DNA of 64,000 nucleotides from a virus (IMGVR_UViG_3300044904_000300:32001-96000); one strand, 5' to 3'; shown: positions 1 through 8,435, counted from the stretch's first letter. The notes: generated by a model not told the origin, from the sequence alone. Translations and numbers: made by a program.

Positions 1-222
1 TGCGAACACACTTGGGAAGAGGACCACACGATTGCGGAGCGAGATATACCTACCGGCAAACCGTGCCCAAAGTGCGGCAAACCGGCAATCGAAAAATATC
101 TTCCCTCAACGACCGGTCTGTGCTATACTGCTGAAAGTGGCCGACCCAAGACCTCGGATGCGTTCAAAGATATTCTGCGGAACATCAAGAAGCAGCATCG
201 TGGGTCGCAGATCAACGTATAG
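1..222 (+). CDS. FmdB-like zinc-ribbon protein (5'-truncated)
   Basis: Frame 1 reads CEHTWEEDHTIAERDIPTGKPCPKCGKPAIEK...FKDILRNIKKQHRGSQINV*. It has a CPKC knuckle and is followed by AGGAG and the next ATG at 229. Not in the ORF track. Confidence 0.65.
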   Translation, partial: CEHTWEEDHTIAERDIPTGKPCPKCGKPAIEKYLPSTTGLCYTAESGRPKTSDAFKDILRNIKKQHRGSQINV

Positions 223-228
223 GAGCGT

Positions 229-930
229 ATGTCGTTTATTCATGATTCGTCTTTGACTTTCCCTAAGCTGAAGCAGCACAACTCGTCTGTTGGACGGGTA
301 TACCTCGTGAATGAGGGCAAGCATCTGGGTGATGTTTACCCGTCCATCACGCGCATCCTTGCAGCGAAAGAGAAGCCTGGATTGACTGCATGGCGAAAGC
401 GCGTAGGCGCCAAAGAAGCCGCAAGAGTCTCAGCGGTCGCGACGACACGCGGAGCGAATGTCCATAAGCTGTCGGAGTGCTACTTGGGAAATGAAGAGCT
501 TCCCGAGTATGGTCCTGCCAGCGAGGAAATGTGGAAGCATCTTCAGCCGTGGCTTGAGAAGAACATCACCAAGGTTTACGCGCAAGAGCAAGACGTGGTT
601 TCCTATACGCTTGAAGTCGCGGGACGCATGGACCTCTTAGCGCAATACCGTGGTGTGGATGCGGTCGTGGATGTCAAGACTGCAGCCCGAGAGAAACTGG
701 AAGAGTGGGTCGAGGACTACTTCTTGCAGACCACATTTTACAGCCTTGCGGTCTATGAGTTGACCGGCAAACGGTTCACTAAGTTGGTATTGCCAATCGT
801 GAACCCCTCTGGGCTGCAAGTGTTTGAATCCTCGCCCGGCGAACATATGGAAGCGTTGTTCTCACGGATCAACGAATACTATAAGACCTATGAACCGGCA
901 GCGAATACTCCCGGCTCCACTATTCTCTAA
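229..930 (+). CDS. PD-(D/E)XK exonuclease (RecB/Cas4/MGME1-like phage exonuclease)
   Basis: YPSITRIL, RGANVHKLSE, AGRMDLL, VVDVKT and DYFLQ..Y motifs of the phage PD-(D/E)XK exonuclease family. Confidence 0.8.
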   Translation: MSFIHDSSLTFPKLKQHNSSVGRVYLVNEGKHLGDVYPSITRILAAKEKPGLTAWRKRVGAKEAARVSAVATTRGANVHKLSECYLGNEELPEYGPASEEMWKHLQPWLEKNITKVYAQEQDVVSYTLEVAGRMDLLAQYRGVDAVVDVKTAAREKLEEWVEDYFLQTTFYSLAVYELTGKRFTKLVLPIVNPSGLQVFESSPGEHMEALFSRINEYYKTYEPAANTPGSTIL

Positions 931-941
931 CGGCTCCACGT

Positions 942-949
942 TATAAATA
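942..949 (+). promoter_or_regulatory. T4-type late promoter TATAAATA inside a hairpin that covers the RBS of the HNH gene
   Basis: CTCCAC-GTTATAAATAGAT-GTGGAG; GGAGG at 955-959, ATG at 965. Confidence 0.8.
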
Positions 950-964
950 GATGTGGAGGCGAGA

Positions 965-1504
965 ATGGAAATAGCAGCTTGTAAATGTGGGGTGTGTGGA
1001 GCGGAATTTGAACGACCGGCAAAAGAAGTCCGCCGGTGTGCTCGACGGGGTCTAAACACTTATTGCGGCACGAAATGCGCTTTGGTGGCCACGAAGCAAA
1101 ACCTTAAACGCGGAGGAAATCCGGATGCGTTGGTGCTTGCTCGGGCAGCCAGATGGGGTGTGCCCAACGAGTTCCGTGAGCATCTACGAAGAGCACGCTC
1201 GCACTCTAAGGTGCGCGGCCGCGAGTGTAACATCACCGAGGAACATCTACAAGAGGTTTGGTTGCAGCAACAAGGGAAATGTGCGTATACCGGCATAGCA
1301 CTTCTTAACCCAACGTCGCTAACAAAGGCCGAGGACCCCGGGTGCCGCGCCAGTCTTGACCGTATCGACTCGTCACTAGGGTATGTTATTGGTAATGTTC
1401 AGTTTATTTCTGTGATGATGAACTATGCCAAATCGTCCTTTACCGATGCCGAAGTAAAGAAATTTGTTGACGCCGTTCGTAAAGGGTGTTATAATTACTC
1501 TTGA
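965..1504 (+). CDS. Free-standing HNH-type (His-Me finger) homing endonuclease
   Basis: N-terminal CxCxxC/CxxxC zinc finger; CAYTG...SLDRIDSSLGYVIGNVQFISVMMNYAKS beta-beta-alpha-Me core; has its own late promoter. Confidence 0.8.
   Translation: MEIAACKCGVCGAEFERPAKEVRRCARRGLNTYCGTKCALVATKQNLKRGGNPDALVLARAARWGVPNEFREHLRRARSHSKVRGRECNITEEHLQEVWLQQQGKCAYTGIALLNPTSLTKAEDPGCRASLDRIDSSLGYVIGNVQFISVMMNYAKSSFTDAEVKKFVDAVRKGCYNYS
1467..1495 (+). promoter_or_regulatory. sigma70 promoter (extended -10) for the tmRNA precursor
   Basis: TTGACG-17 bp-TATAAT, with TG-N before the -10; predicted +1 near 1501-1502. Confidence 0.8.
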
Positions 1505-1565
1505 TAATTGATGACGTATTTGATGCGTCTCGCGGACCTCGGGGCAGTACCGAGCCGGTCCACCA
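1501..1565 (+). ncRNA. ssrA: tmRNA acceptor piece (3' segment of a permuted two-piece tmRNA)
   Basis: GGAC, T-arm CTCGG/GGCAGTA/CCGAG, acceptor 3' strand CCGGTCC, discriminator A, encoded CCA ending at 1565. The 5' boundary is inferred from the promoter. Confidence 0.88.
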
Positions 1566-1622
1566 TAAAATAGCGCCGAACCTCAAAGGAGGTCACTGGG
1601 TAGCCAGACGGCGCGACAGAAC

Positions 1623-1845
1623 GGGCCGGAAATAGATTCGACGGGAGATGACAGAGGATATCGAGGTTATCCGTCGAGCACCGACGTAAATCAGAGCAAA
1701 CACACAATTGACAACGAAATGTTGCCGATGGCTGCCTAAGAGCAGTCCGGGGTGTTGGCGTCGTACCCTGTCAAACAAAGCACGCTGCGCTAGATGGAAA
1801 CTCCTAGCTAGGGAAGCCGGCTCTCCTGAAGTTACAAACCGGCAT
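1623..1845 (+). ncRNA. ssrA: tmRNA coding piece; tag (A)DNEMLPMAA*
   Basis: GGGCCGG-AAATAGATTCGACGGG 5' end pairs 7/7 with CCGGTCC including the G3.U wobble. Tag frame 1710-1739 with the stop in hairpin GGCTGC/GCAGTC. H-type pseudoknot AGGGA/TCTCCT + GCCGG/CCGGC ends at 1843. The 3' end is approximate. Confidence 0.88.
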
Positions 1846-1852
1846 TTACATT

Positions 1853-2083
1853 ATGTCCTTTACAGCACACTCATCCGAAGCATTTGCCAAGCACATCGAG
1901 CATTCAGTTGTCGTCCGAAAGATGACTTACATGGATGCGGTGCTGGACTTTTGCGCGAAACAGCAGCTCGAACCGGACATGATCGTGCCCTTCCTGAGCA
2001 CTAAGATCAAGACAGCGATTCAGTATGACGCGCAGAAGCTCCACCTGATTCGTCCGCGCCGGGAACTTCCATTTGAGGACTAG
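1853..2083 (+). CDS. gp33: Late-transcription coactivator
   Basis: F..HIE..V....TYMDAVLDFC....LEPD.I..FLS..IK..I..DA..LHLI pattern and size typical of gp33; lies next to gp59/gp32. Confidence 0.85.
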   Translation: MSFTAHSSEAFAKHIEHSVVVRKMTYMDAVLDFCAKQQLEPDMIVPFLSTKIKTAIQYDAQKLHLIRPRRELPFED

Positions 2084-2105
2084 CCCTATTGGGACGCACG
2101 GAACC

Positions 2106-2112
2106 CTAAATA
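2106..2112 (+). promoter_or_regulatory. Late promoter CTAAATA
   Basis: Sits in a small ACCC/GGGT hairpin; ATG 5 nt downstream at 2118. Confidence 0.6.
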
Positions 2113-2117
2113 TGGGT

Positions 2118-2672
2118 ATGAGAACTTCCACAGGTCAGTTTCTTACTGGCACAGAAAACCATTGGCGACCAGCGCAGCCGTTCCGCGATAAAGCGTGGCT
2201 GGTGCTCAACTATACAGAGCAAAAACGCACTTGTACCGACATTGCGCGTGAATTTGGGGTGCGTCCTAACGCCATTTTGTATTGGATGAAGAAACATGGT
2301 ATTGCGGCACGTCCACAAACAAGTAACTTTGGTCCAGGACGATGTGGTGCCGACAACCCGATGTGGAACCGAAAGGGAGAACTCAACCCCAATTGGAAGG
2401 GCGGAGTTTCGGCAGAACGACAAGCATTTTATGGCAGCCAAGAATGGAAAATGGCTTGCAGTGAAGTGTGGAAACGGGACCATGCGATGTGCCAACGGTG
2501 CAAACTGGATTATGATGCGGGAATGCCGCTGCACATACACCACATTGTTTCGTTTGCGGACAAAGCACTTCGCGCAGAGCCAAGTAACTTGGTGTTGCTT
2601 TGTGAAGGATGCCACCATTTCGTTCATTCGCGTGAAAATGTATCCGGTGAGTTTCTAAAAAATGGGTTATAA
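2118..2672 (+). CDS. HNH homing endonuclease with N-terminal HTH-like domain
   Basis: CQRC...LHIHHIV...NLVLLCEGCHHFVH HNH motif; IAREFGV..NAI.YWM HTH; NPNWKGG linker. Start at 2112 or 2118. Confidence 0.85.
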   Translation: MRTSTGQFLTGTENHWRPAQPFRDKAWLVLNYTEQKRTCTDIAREFGVRPNAILYWMKKHGIAARPQTSNFGPGRCGADNPMWNRKGELNPNWKGGVSAERQAFYGSQEWKMACSEVWKRDHAMCQRCKLDYDAGMPLHIHHIVSFADKALRAEPSNLVLLCEGCHHFVHSRENVSGEFLKNGL

Positions 2673-3489
2673 ACTATTGCATGGTGATGCACTTGAAACA
2701 CTGAAAACGCTGCCGTCTGAAAGTGTGCAGTGTGTCGTCACCAGTCCGCCGTATTGGGATGCTCGTGACTATCAAGTTGAAGGACAATACGGTTTGGAGA
2801 CTCACCCGCGTATATACCTTGCGAAAATGGTTGAAGTGTTCGCCCAGGTACGTCGGGTATTAAAGTCGGATGGTATTTGCTGGCTCAATATCGGCGATAC
2901 CTATTCAACAGGAAAACGCGGACGAGCGGATAGCGGCCCCGATGGGCATTTTGGTGGGCCGCGTCTAGACCCCGTCTCGCGCAAGGCACCAACGGGGTGG
3001 AAGCCCAGAGAACTCATGCTCATTCCCGCCCGTGTCGCGATGGCTCTTCAGGACGACGGGTGGTATCTTCGCTCCGACATCATCTGGCATAAGACAAACG
3101 GTATGCCGGAAGGGGCGCAATACTCTCGGCCTATTCGTTCGCATGAGCACATTTTCCTCTTGACAAAAAGCCAGAAGTATCGTTATACTCCTATTCAGGA
3201 ACCGTGTGAAACGCGGGGCGAGACGCGACCGATTCGGGATGTCTGGTCGATGCCGACCGGGTCATTCAAAGGAATGCACTTCGCAACATTCCCGAATGCG
3301 TTGCCCACACGATGTATTCAAGCTTCGACAGAGCCCGGTGATGTCGTTCTGGACCCGTTTATGGGAAGTGGAACCGCGGGGATAGCGGCGCTTTCTCTTG
3401 ATCGTCAGTTTGTTGGAATTGAGTTGAATGTTGAGTATGTCACGATGGCTCGGGCGCGGTTTGAAGAACTGCGAGGATTGGACATCTAA
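2662..3489 (+). CDS. Beta-class amino-DNA methyltransferase (N4-C/N6-A)
   Basis: VVTSPPY (motif IV) precedes VLDPFMGSGT (motif I) and FVGIELN. Confidence 0.92.
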   Translation: MGYKLLHGDALETLKTLPSESVQCVVTSPPYWDARDYQVEGQYGLETHPRIYLAKMVEVFAQVRRVLKSDGICWLNIGDTYSTGKRGRADSGPDGHFGGPRLDPVSRKAPTGWKPRELMLIPARVAMALQDDGWYLRSDIIWHKTNGMPEGAQYSRPIRSHEHIFLLTKSQKYRYTPIQEPCETRGETRPIRDVWSMPTGSFKGMHFATFPNALPTRCIQASTEPGDVVLDPFMGSGTAGIAALSLDRQFVGIELNVEYVTMARARFEELRGLDI

Positions 3490-3899
3490 TGATCTACCTT
3501 CTTGCGGGCAACGCAGCACAAGCCGCCAACTACTGCCGAGAACATGGAATCGGACTTCGGGATGCGTCCTATGTGTCCTCACCGGTTCTCCTTCGTGGGC
3601 TTGCAGAACCAGATTACGCAGTGGTCGGAACTTTTTGGGACCATGTTCGGGCGATAGAGATTTGGAAAACGCTGTTGTCGTGTTACGCGGGAAGCAAGAA
3701 ACCGTTGCCCCAGGCGCCTCCTGCGATACAGCAATATCTTCGCTCGACGCACCTCGTACCCGCGAACATAGTCATCGGCCCAAATGCGGGGTTTGTGACG
3801 ATGCCGGGTGACCCCGAGTTAGAACCGATTGAGGACGACCCCGAACCCGAGCCGCCAAAGAAAAAGAAGTTTTCAGGGTTTAAGAGTATTCGCAAATGA
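3489..3899 (+). CDS. Hypothetical protein
   Basis: 136-aa ORF translationally coupled to both neighbours (TAATG, ATGA overlaps). Confidence 0.65.
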   Translation: MIYLLAGNAAQAANYCREHGIGLRDASYVSSPVLLRGLAEPDYAVVGTFWDHVRAIEIWKTLLSCYAGSKKPLPQAPPAIQQYLRSTHLVPANIVIGPNAGFVTMPGDPELEPIEDDPEPEPPKKKKFSGFKSIRK

Positions 3900-4594
3900 C
3901 AGCAGAACAGATTTTCAAATTCGCCCGCGTGTATAAACTCTACTATGCGGGCAAGTATGACTTCAAGAAATACAAGGGGAACATGAAGATGCCGCCCCTC
4001 ATCAAGCAACCCGACCGCGTGTATTACCATAAGCTCGCCAACAAGCTCACGGACGCGCAGGTTCATGCGTTGTTTTTGGTCGGGTATTTCTTCAACCCCA
4101 ACGCACACATCTCGAACCTCGTGACACCGAAAGGCCTGTCCGCGGCGGTGGAGTTTGCCACACGGGGTGAGAAGGGCCGCGAAGGACTGGAACTGGGGCT
4201 CTACGAGCTATCCAAGACTTTGGCGGACAAGAATATCGATGAATGGCTCTACGGCGAATGGATCGATGGACAGCGAGCATCTATGCCCGAGTGCATCCAG
4301 ATGACGATCAACGGAGAGCTTCCGCTGGACTTGGCGGCGCTGTTGCTTTTGATCCCGCAGCCGGAACTACACTACAACTGGACGGAACACTTCAAACAGA
4401 CTGAAGAAATCGGGCTGGGTATTGGTCCGTGGATACAGCGTCTCAAGAAGATGGACCAACTACTAGTGCCGCAGCGACCGGGATGGCGGATGATGGCATT
4501 CTATCTCGCTAAGACCTTTTGGGTCGCGATGGCGGGGCATAATACAGGGACACTTGCCCCAATTTCGGGGAAAACTGGGGTAGAGCTGTTCTAA
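3896..4594 (+). CDS. gp59: Helicase loader
   Basis: Y.L....KYDF.KY.G..K.......DR.YY.KLA.K N-terminus; located in the gp33-gp59-gp32 neighbourhood. Confidence 0.75.
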   Translation: MTAEQIFKFARVYKLYYAGKYDFKKYKGNMKMPPLIKQPDRVYYHKLANKLTDAQVHALFLVGYFFNPNAHISNLVTPKGLSAAVEFATRGEKGREGLELGLYELSKTLADKNIDEWLYGEWIDGQRASMPECIQMTINGELPLDLAALLLLIPQPELHYNWTEHFKQTEEIGLGIGPWIQRLKKMDQLLVPQRPGWRMMAFYLAKTFWVAMAGHNTGTLAPISGKTGVELF

Positions 4595-4625
4595 GTTGTT
4601 GGGAACAAAAGTTGCCAGTTTTCGC

Positions 4626-4654
4626 TTGACTTCCGCCGGCAATTAGAGTATAAT
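4626..4654 (+). promoter_or_regulatory. sigma70 promoter; predicted +1 coincides with ATG 4661
   Basis: TTGACT-17 bp-TATAAT-6 nt-ATG, no SD. Confidence 0.8.
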
Positions 4655-4660
4655 TGTCTT

Positions 4661-6904
4661 ATGAATTGGATGATTACGTATGCGTGGGAAGACACCGATG
4701 CCGTTAAGGCAACGGGAGAATCCGAAGTCAAGTTCGGCGACCATTTCGTGGAGAACGCCGACACGTTCGCAGAAGCGGAAAAGCGCACACTCGCATACAT
4801 GCGAAGCTCACTGGCCCGTCAGAAGAACAAATGGGACGATGGTCGTATTCGTCATGATGCAATTTGGGACGTGAGCGATTATGCCAAGACCGTCGGCAAG
4901 TTTTATAAGCATTCAAAGATCGATGACACGATTCGAAAGTGCATTCCGAATCATGTAGCGGGAACCGACGTGCACCAGATCGCGTATGATGACCTCGTTG
5001 TCTACGTGAATAATTTCCTGCACAAGCAGAACCAACCTCTCGCTGCGTTTGGCCCCTCGACACTTCAGTATCGTGCAGGGCTGGACATCGTTGACCAGAT
5101 TCTCAACCGCGGAAAGCGCACAATTGTTGCAGACCTCTGCCCTCGTTTCGGAAAGACGACGTGGGCTGCGATGGTCGCATCAGTCCTGAAGTCGCAGCTT
5201 ACTGTCGTCGCCAGCTATGTTCTGACCAGTTTCACATCTTTCGACAAGGACCTTTCTTCGTTTGAAGAGTTTGCGGATGTTGTGCGCGTGGATACGATGA
5301 CGGACCCCTTGTATCAATCGCGTATCGAAGATGCGCTCTTCACGGGGAAGAAGGTGTTCGCCTATCTGTCCATGTGCAACGGCGGGCAGCGGCAATCGCG
5401 CATTGATTTCCTCTTTGGGCTGTCTGCTAACCGTTTGGTCTTTGTGGATGAAGCGGATTTCGGAGTGCATAAGCCCGCGCAAGTGCAACCGTTGATTGAT
5501 GCTCGGCAGGACAACGATATCGTTGTCCTCATGACGGGAACGAACAGCGAACGTGCTGTGGCTGACTGGAAAGTTGACTACATCATGACCGCGACGTATC
5601 CCGAAATGCTGGTGGAACGTAAGTTGAGTCTAAAGCCGCGCAAGAATGAAACGCGCAAGCTGAACGGGTTCAAGATCAATCGAAAGCGGGACCTCGTTGC
5701 TGTGCCGGTCGAGTTCTATCAGTTTGACCTCGCGGGGATCGTTGCCTACACGAAGAAGACGCTGGGCGCAGCGTTTGATTCTGACCTTCTGTCGTCGTGG
5801 TCGAAGTTTGCGATGTCTCCCGCGCAAGGTAAGGGTTTCTGGATGAACGTGTTGGGCAATGTCTTCCTTGGGTTGCACGGATGCCCCGAAACCAGTGCGG
5901 ATATCCAGTTTCGCCCTCGGGGATTGCGGAACGCGATGATGTTCATGAGTGGGTGCATGACTAAGGAAAATTTAACGCTTACTGTTGATTTTGCTCGTCA
6001 GGCACTCGGCCCGGGTTGGGTAGTCGTGGAAATGAGTGGCGAGACGATGACTGGACGTAAAGCGGAACGTCTTGTCAACCAGGCGATTGACGAAGCGGAA
6101 AAGAAGAATCAGAACGTGTTGGTTTTATCTATTGCGATGGGACAGCGTTCCTTTAGCGTGTCGCGGCTCACGGAAGTCTACCTTGCGTATGATGGTGGAG
6201 AGGCGGGGGCAACCGCGCAGAAGATGTCTCGCGTCTTAACTGCGGATGGTGGGCAGAACAAAATTGGTCGCGTGATTAGCTTGTCATTTGACCCGAACCG
6301 CGATGACAAGATGGACTCTGTGGTGCTGGAAACCGCGCAGAACCTCAAGAAGGCATACGGTGGAAACATCCGCGATGCGCTGACGGTGACACTCGAACAC
6401 ATCGACATGTTCGCCGGCGGCCGAACGGGGCGAGTGCGAATCATGCTTGACACATATTTGGAACAGTTGATTGCATTCAATCGTCTGGGCCGCGTGGCAG
6501 GACGTGCGGCAGACTTGACGGGTGTGACCGAGGAATTCATTCGGGCACTTGCGGCATGTGGCGGACAGTATGCCCGCGTGAAGCAGACGGAAGCGACTCT
6601 CAAGGGACGCACGGGGGTCAAGAAGAACCGAACGACCACCGCAACCCCGAAGGGTGCGTCGTGGGAAAAGCTGATGTCAAAGGCACGGGAAGCCGTGACA
6701 ACCATCGTGGAAAATGCGGACGTGCTGATTGACGGCACACAGTCCCGCGATGTGGATGCCGCAATTGCCACTGTGGATGCCGACCAGGAATATCAGGATA
6801 GTATCAAGAAGGAATTTAGGATGCCGTGGTCATTGGTGCGGGACTGCTTGACGGAAGGTATCATCAATCTGGACTTCATCGAGTTATCGCGGAGGTCTAA
6901 CTAA
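4661..6904 (+). CDS. SF2 (ResIII/DEAD-like) helicase with an N-terminal putative nuclease-like domain
   Basis: Walker A DLCPRFGKT, Walker B FVDEADFG, motif III MTGT, Q..SRVLT motif VI. The N-terminal ~120 aa loosely resembles T5orf172/GIY-YIG domains. Confidence 0.8.
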   Translation: MNWMITYAWEDTDAVKATGESEVKFGDHFVENADTFAEAEKRTLAYMRSSLARQKNKWDDGRIRHDAIWDVSDYAKTVGKFYKHSKIDDTIRKCIPNHVAGTDVHQIAYDDLVVYVNNFLHKQNQPLAAFGPSTLQYRAGLDIVDQILNRGKRTIVADLCPRFGKTTWAAMVASVLKSQLTVVASYVLTSFTSFDKDLSSFEEFADVVRVDTMTDPLYQSRIEDALFTGKKVFAYLSMCNGGQRQSRIDFLFGLSANRLVFVDEADFGVHKPAQVQPLIDARQDNDIVVLMTGTNSERAVADWKVDYIMTATYPEMLVERKLSLKPRKNETRKLNGFKINRKRDLVAVPVEFYQFDLAGIVAYTKKTLGAAFDSDLLSSWSKFAMSPAQGKGFWMNVLGNVFLGLHGCPETSADIQFRPRGLRNAMMFMSGCMTKENLTLTVDFARQALGPGWVVVEMSGETMTGRKAERLVNQAIDEAEKKNQNVLVLSIAMGQRSFSVSRLTEVYLAYDGGEAGATAQKMSRVLTADGGQNKIGRVISLSFDPNRDDKMDSVVLETAQNLKKAYGGNIRDALTVTLEHIDMFAGGRTGRVRIMLDTYLEQLIAFNRLGRVAGRAADLTGVTEEFIRALAACGGQYARVKQTEATLKGRTGVKKNRTTTATPKGASWEKLMSKAREAVTTIVENADVLIDGTQSRDVDAAIATVDADQEYQDSIKKEFRMPWSLVRDCLTEGIINLDFIELSRRSN

Positions 6905-6906
6905 TC

Positions 6907-8058
6907 ATGCTCGCACGTTTGAAGTTTCCTATCGCTCCGTTAGTCAACCAGATGCTCGACCGTCTGCCGCAGGACGTGTGGACCTCCGAGGTGACGACGT
7001 TCTTTGACCCGTCCATCGGGGGCGGCCAGTTCGTGCGCGAGGTCGAGCGCCGGTTGCTCGCGGCAGGACATTCACGGGCGAACGTGCGTGGTCGGGTCTC
7101 TGGGCTCGCGGAAGATAAGCTCGCGTTGAACTTTGCGACGACGACGCTGGTTGGAAAGTATCGGATTGGAGGTCTTGAGGACCTGGGGGATATGGGAATG
7201 CAGTTTGACGTTATCGTAGGGAACCCGCCGTATCGGGATGGCACCATGAACAGCAGCAGCAAACTGTGGGTCAAGTTCGTTTCAAAGGCGTTTCAGTTGG
7301 TGAAGCGGAACGGATACGCGGCCATGGTCACTCCCGCTTCCTGGTTCGCACCGAATGATGCGTTTGATGTGATGACCAGTCATGATATCAAATATGTTGA
7401 TTTGACTGCAAGCCGGCATTTCTCTGGTATCGGCAGCACATTTTCGGCATGGGTTGCACAGAACGCAACCCCGGCATTTACTACAACGTTCGCCACGAGC
7501 AAGGGCGACGTTGATGTGAACTGGAAGGGACTCACGTTCTTTCCGTCTGAGGTGACCCCCGTAACTCTACGCCTAACGCGCAAGTTCTTTTTCGAACAGC
7601 ACGACCGCCTGGAAGTTACTCGGCCGCGTGATAACGATGCTCATGATAATGGAATGCACGACACGGAGACGAAGCAATATCCGTACCGCGTATTCTACAC
7701 TAACAGCAAGTCGGTATGGAGTAAAATTCCTGCCCCCAATCACTTCGTTCCGAAGGTCATCATGAGTCGTAGCGGGTATCAAACCCCGTTCTTTTCGGAC
7801 GACTGCGGAACGAGCGAACATGGTCTCGCAATCACTGTGAAGAATAAGGCAGAGGGTAAGCGTCTCGTTCGCATCTTGTCTTCTCCGCTGTATCAGGGAA
7901 TGATGAACCTCTGCAAGTATTCGGGGTTTCAACTTCAAAGTGTGATGTCGCAGCTTCCGGCGCTTGACTTGGGCCGTGACTGGACCGATGAAGACCTCTA
8001 CGCTCACTTTGGTCTGACGAAAGCCGAGATTGCCTACATCGAGGCGAACGCCAAGTGA
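6907..8058 (+). CDS. Gamma-class m6A DNA methyltransferase (Eco57I/TaqI-like) with TRD
   Basis: FFDPSIGGGQF (motif I), FDVIVGNPPY (motif IV), C-terminal WTDEDLYAHFGLTKAEIAYIE tail. Confidence 0.85.
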   Translation: MLARLKFPIAPLVNQMLDRLPQDVWTSEVTTFFDPSIGGGQFVREVERRLLAAGHSRANVRGRVSGLAEDKLALNFATTTLVGKYRIGGLEDLGDMGMQFDVIVGNPPYRDGTMNSSSKLWVKFVSKAFQLVKRNGYAAMVTPASWFAPNDAFDVMTSHDIKYVDLTASRHFSGIGSTFSAWVAQNATPAFTTTFATSKGDVDVNWKGLTFFPSEVTPVTLRLTRKFFFEQHDRLEVTRPRDNDAHDNGMHDTETKQYPYRVFYTNSKSVWSKIPAPNHFVPKVIMSRSGYQTPFFSDDCGTSEHGLAITVKNKAEGKRLVRILSSPLYQGMMNLCKYSGFQLQSVMSQLPALDLGRDWTDEDLYAHFGLTKAEIAYIEANAK

Positions 8059-8435
8059 CCATCAAGCGCACTCAGGACCGCATTGACAAGATGGGGGAAG
8101 TCTTTACCCCCGTCGCGCTTGTCAACCAGATGCTTGACCGGCTGCCGGCCGACCTCTGGACAGACCCGACCAAGACGTTCCTCGATAACTCCTGTGGAGA
8201 CGGCAACTTCCTGGTAGAAGTCCTGCGTCATAAGATTGCCGCCGGCAGCACTCCGACGCAAGCCTTAGAGACGACCTATGGCGTGGAATTGATGCCAGAC
8301 AACGTGCGGGAGTGCAAGCGGCGTCTGCTGGAAATCGCGGGCAACACCAAGGCGCATCGTGCCGTCGTAGACCGAAACATCGCCTGTGCCGATGCGCTGA
8401 CCTTCAATTATTGGGCCCCGTCGCTTTTTGATTGA
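8055..8435 (+). CDS. Stand-alone AdoMet-binding half of an amino-methyltransferase
   Basis: GEVFTP (motif X), FLDNSCGDGNF (I), YGVEL (II), NIACADAL (III); no NPPY. Confidence 0.8.
   Translation: MTIKRTQDRIDKMGEVFTPVALVNQMLDRLPADLWTDPTKTFLDNSCGDGNFLVEVLRHKIAAGSTPTQALETTYGVELMPDNVRECKRRLLEIAGNTKAHRAVVDRNIACADALTFNYWAPSLFD

Noticed and set aside
229-930. Cas4 / CRISPR-associated function
   Set aside because: No Fe-S cysteine cluster and no cas genes or array; it is the usual phage PD-(D/E)XK exonuclease.
1623-1900. Conventional one-piece tmRNA or a tRNA at 1530-1565
   Set aside because: No T-arm/CCA follows the tag region, and the upstream CCA segment lacks a D-arm and anticodon arm while pairing perfectly with 1623-1629.
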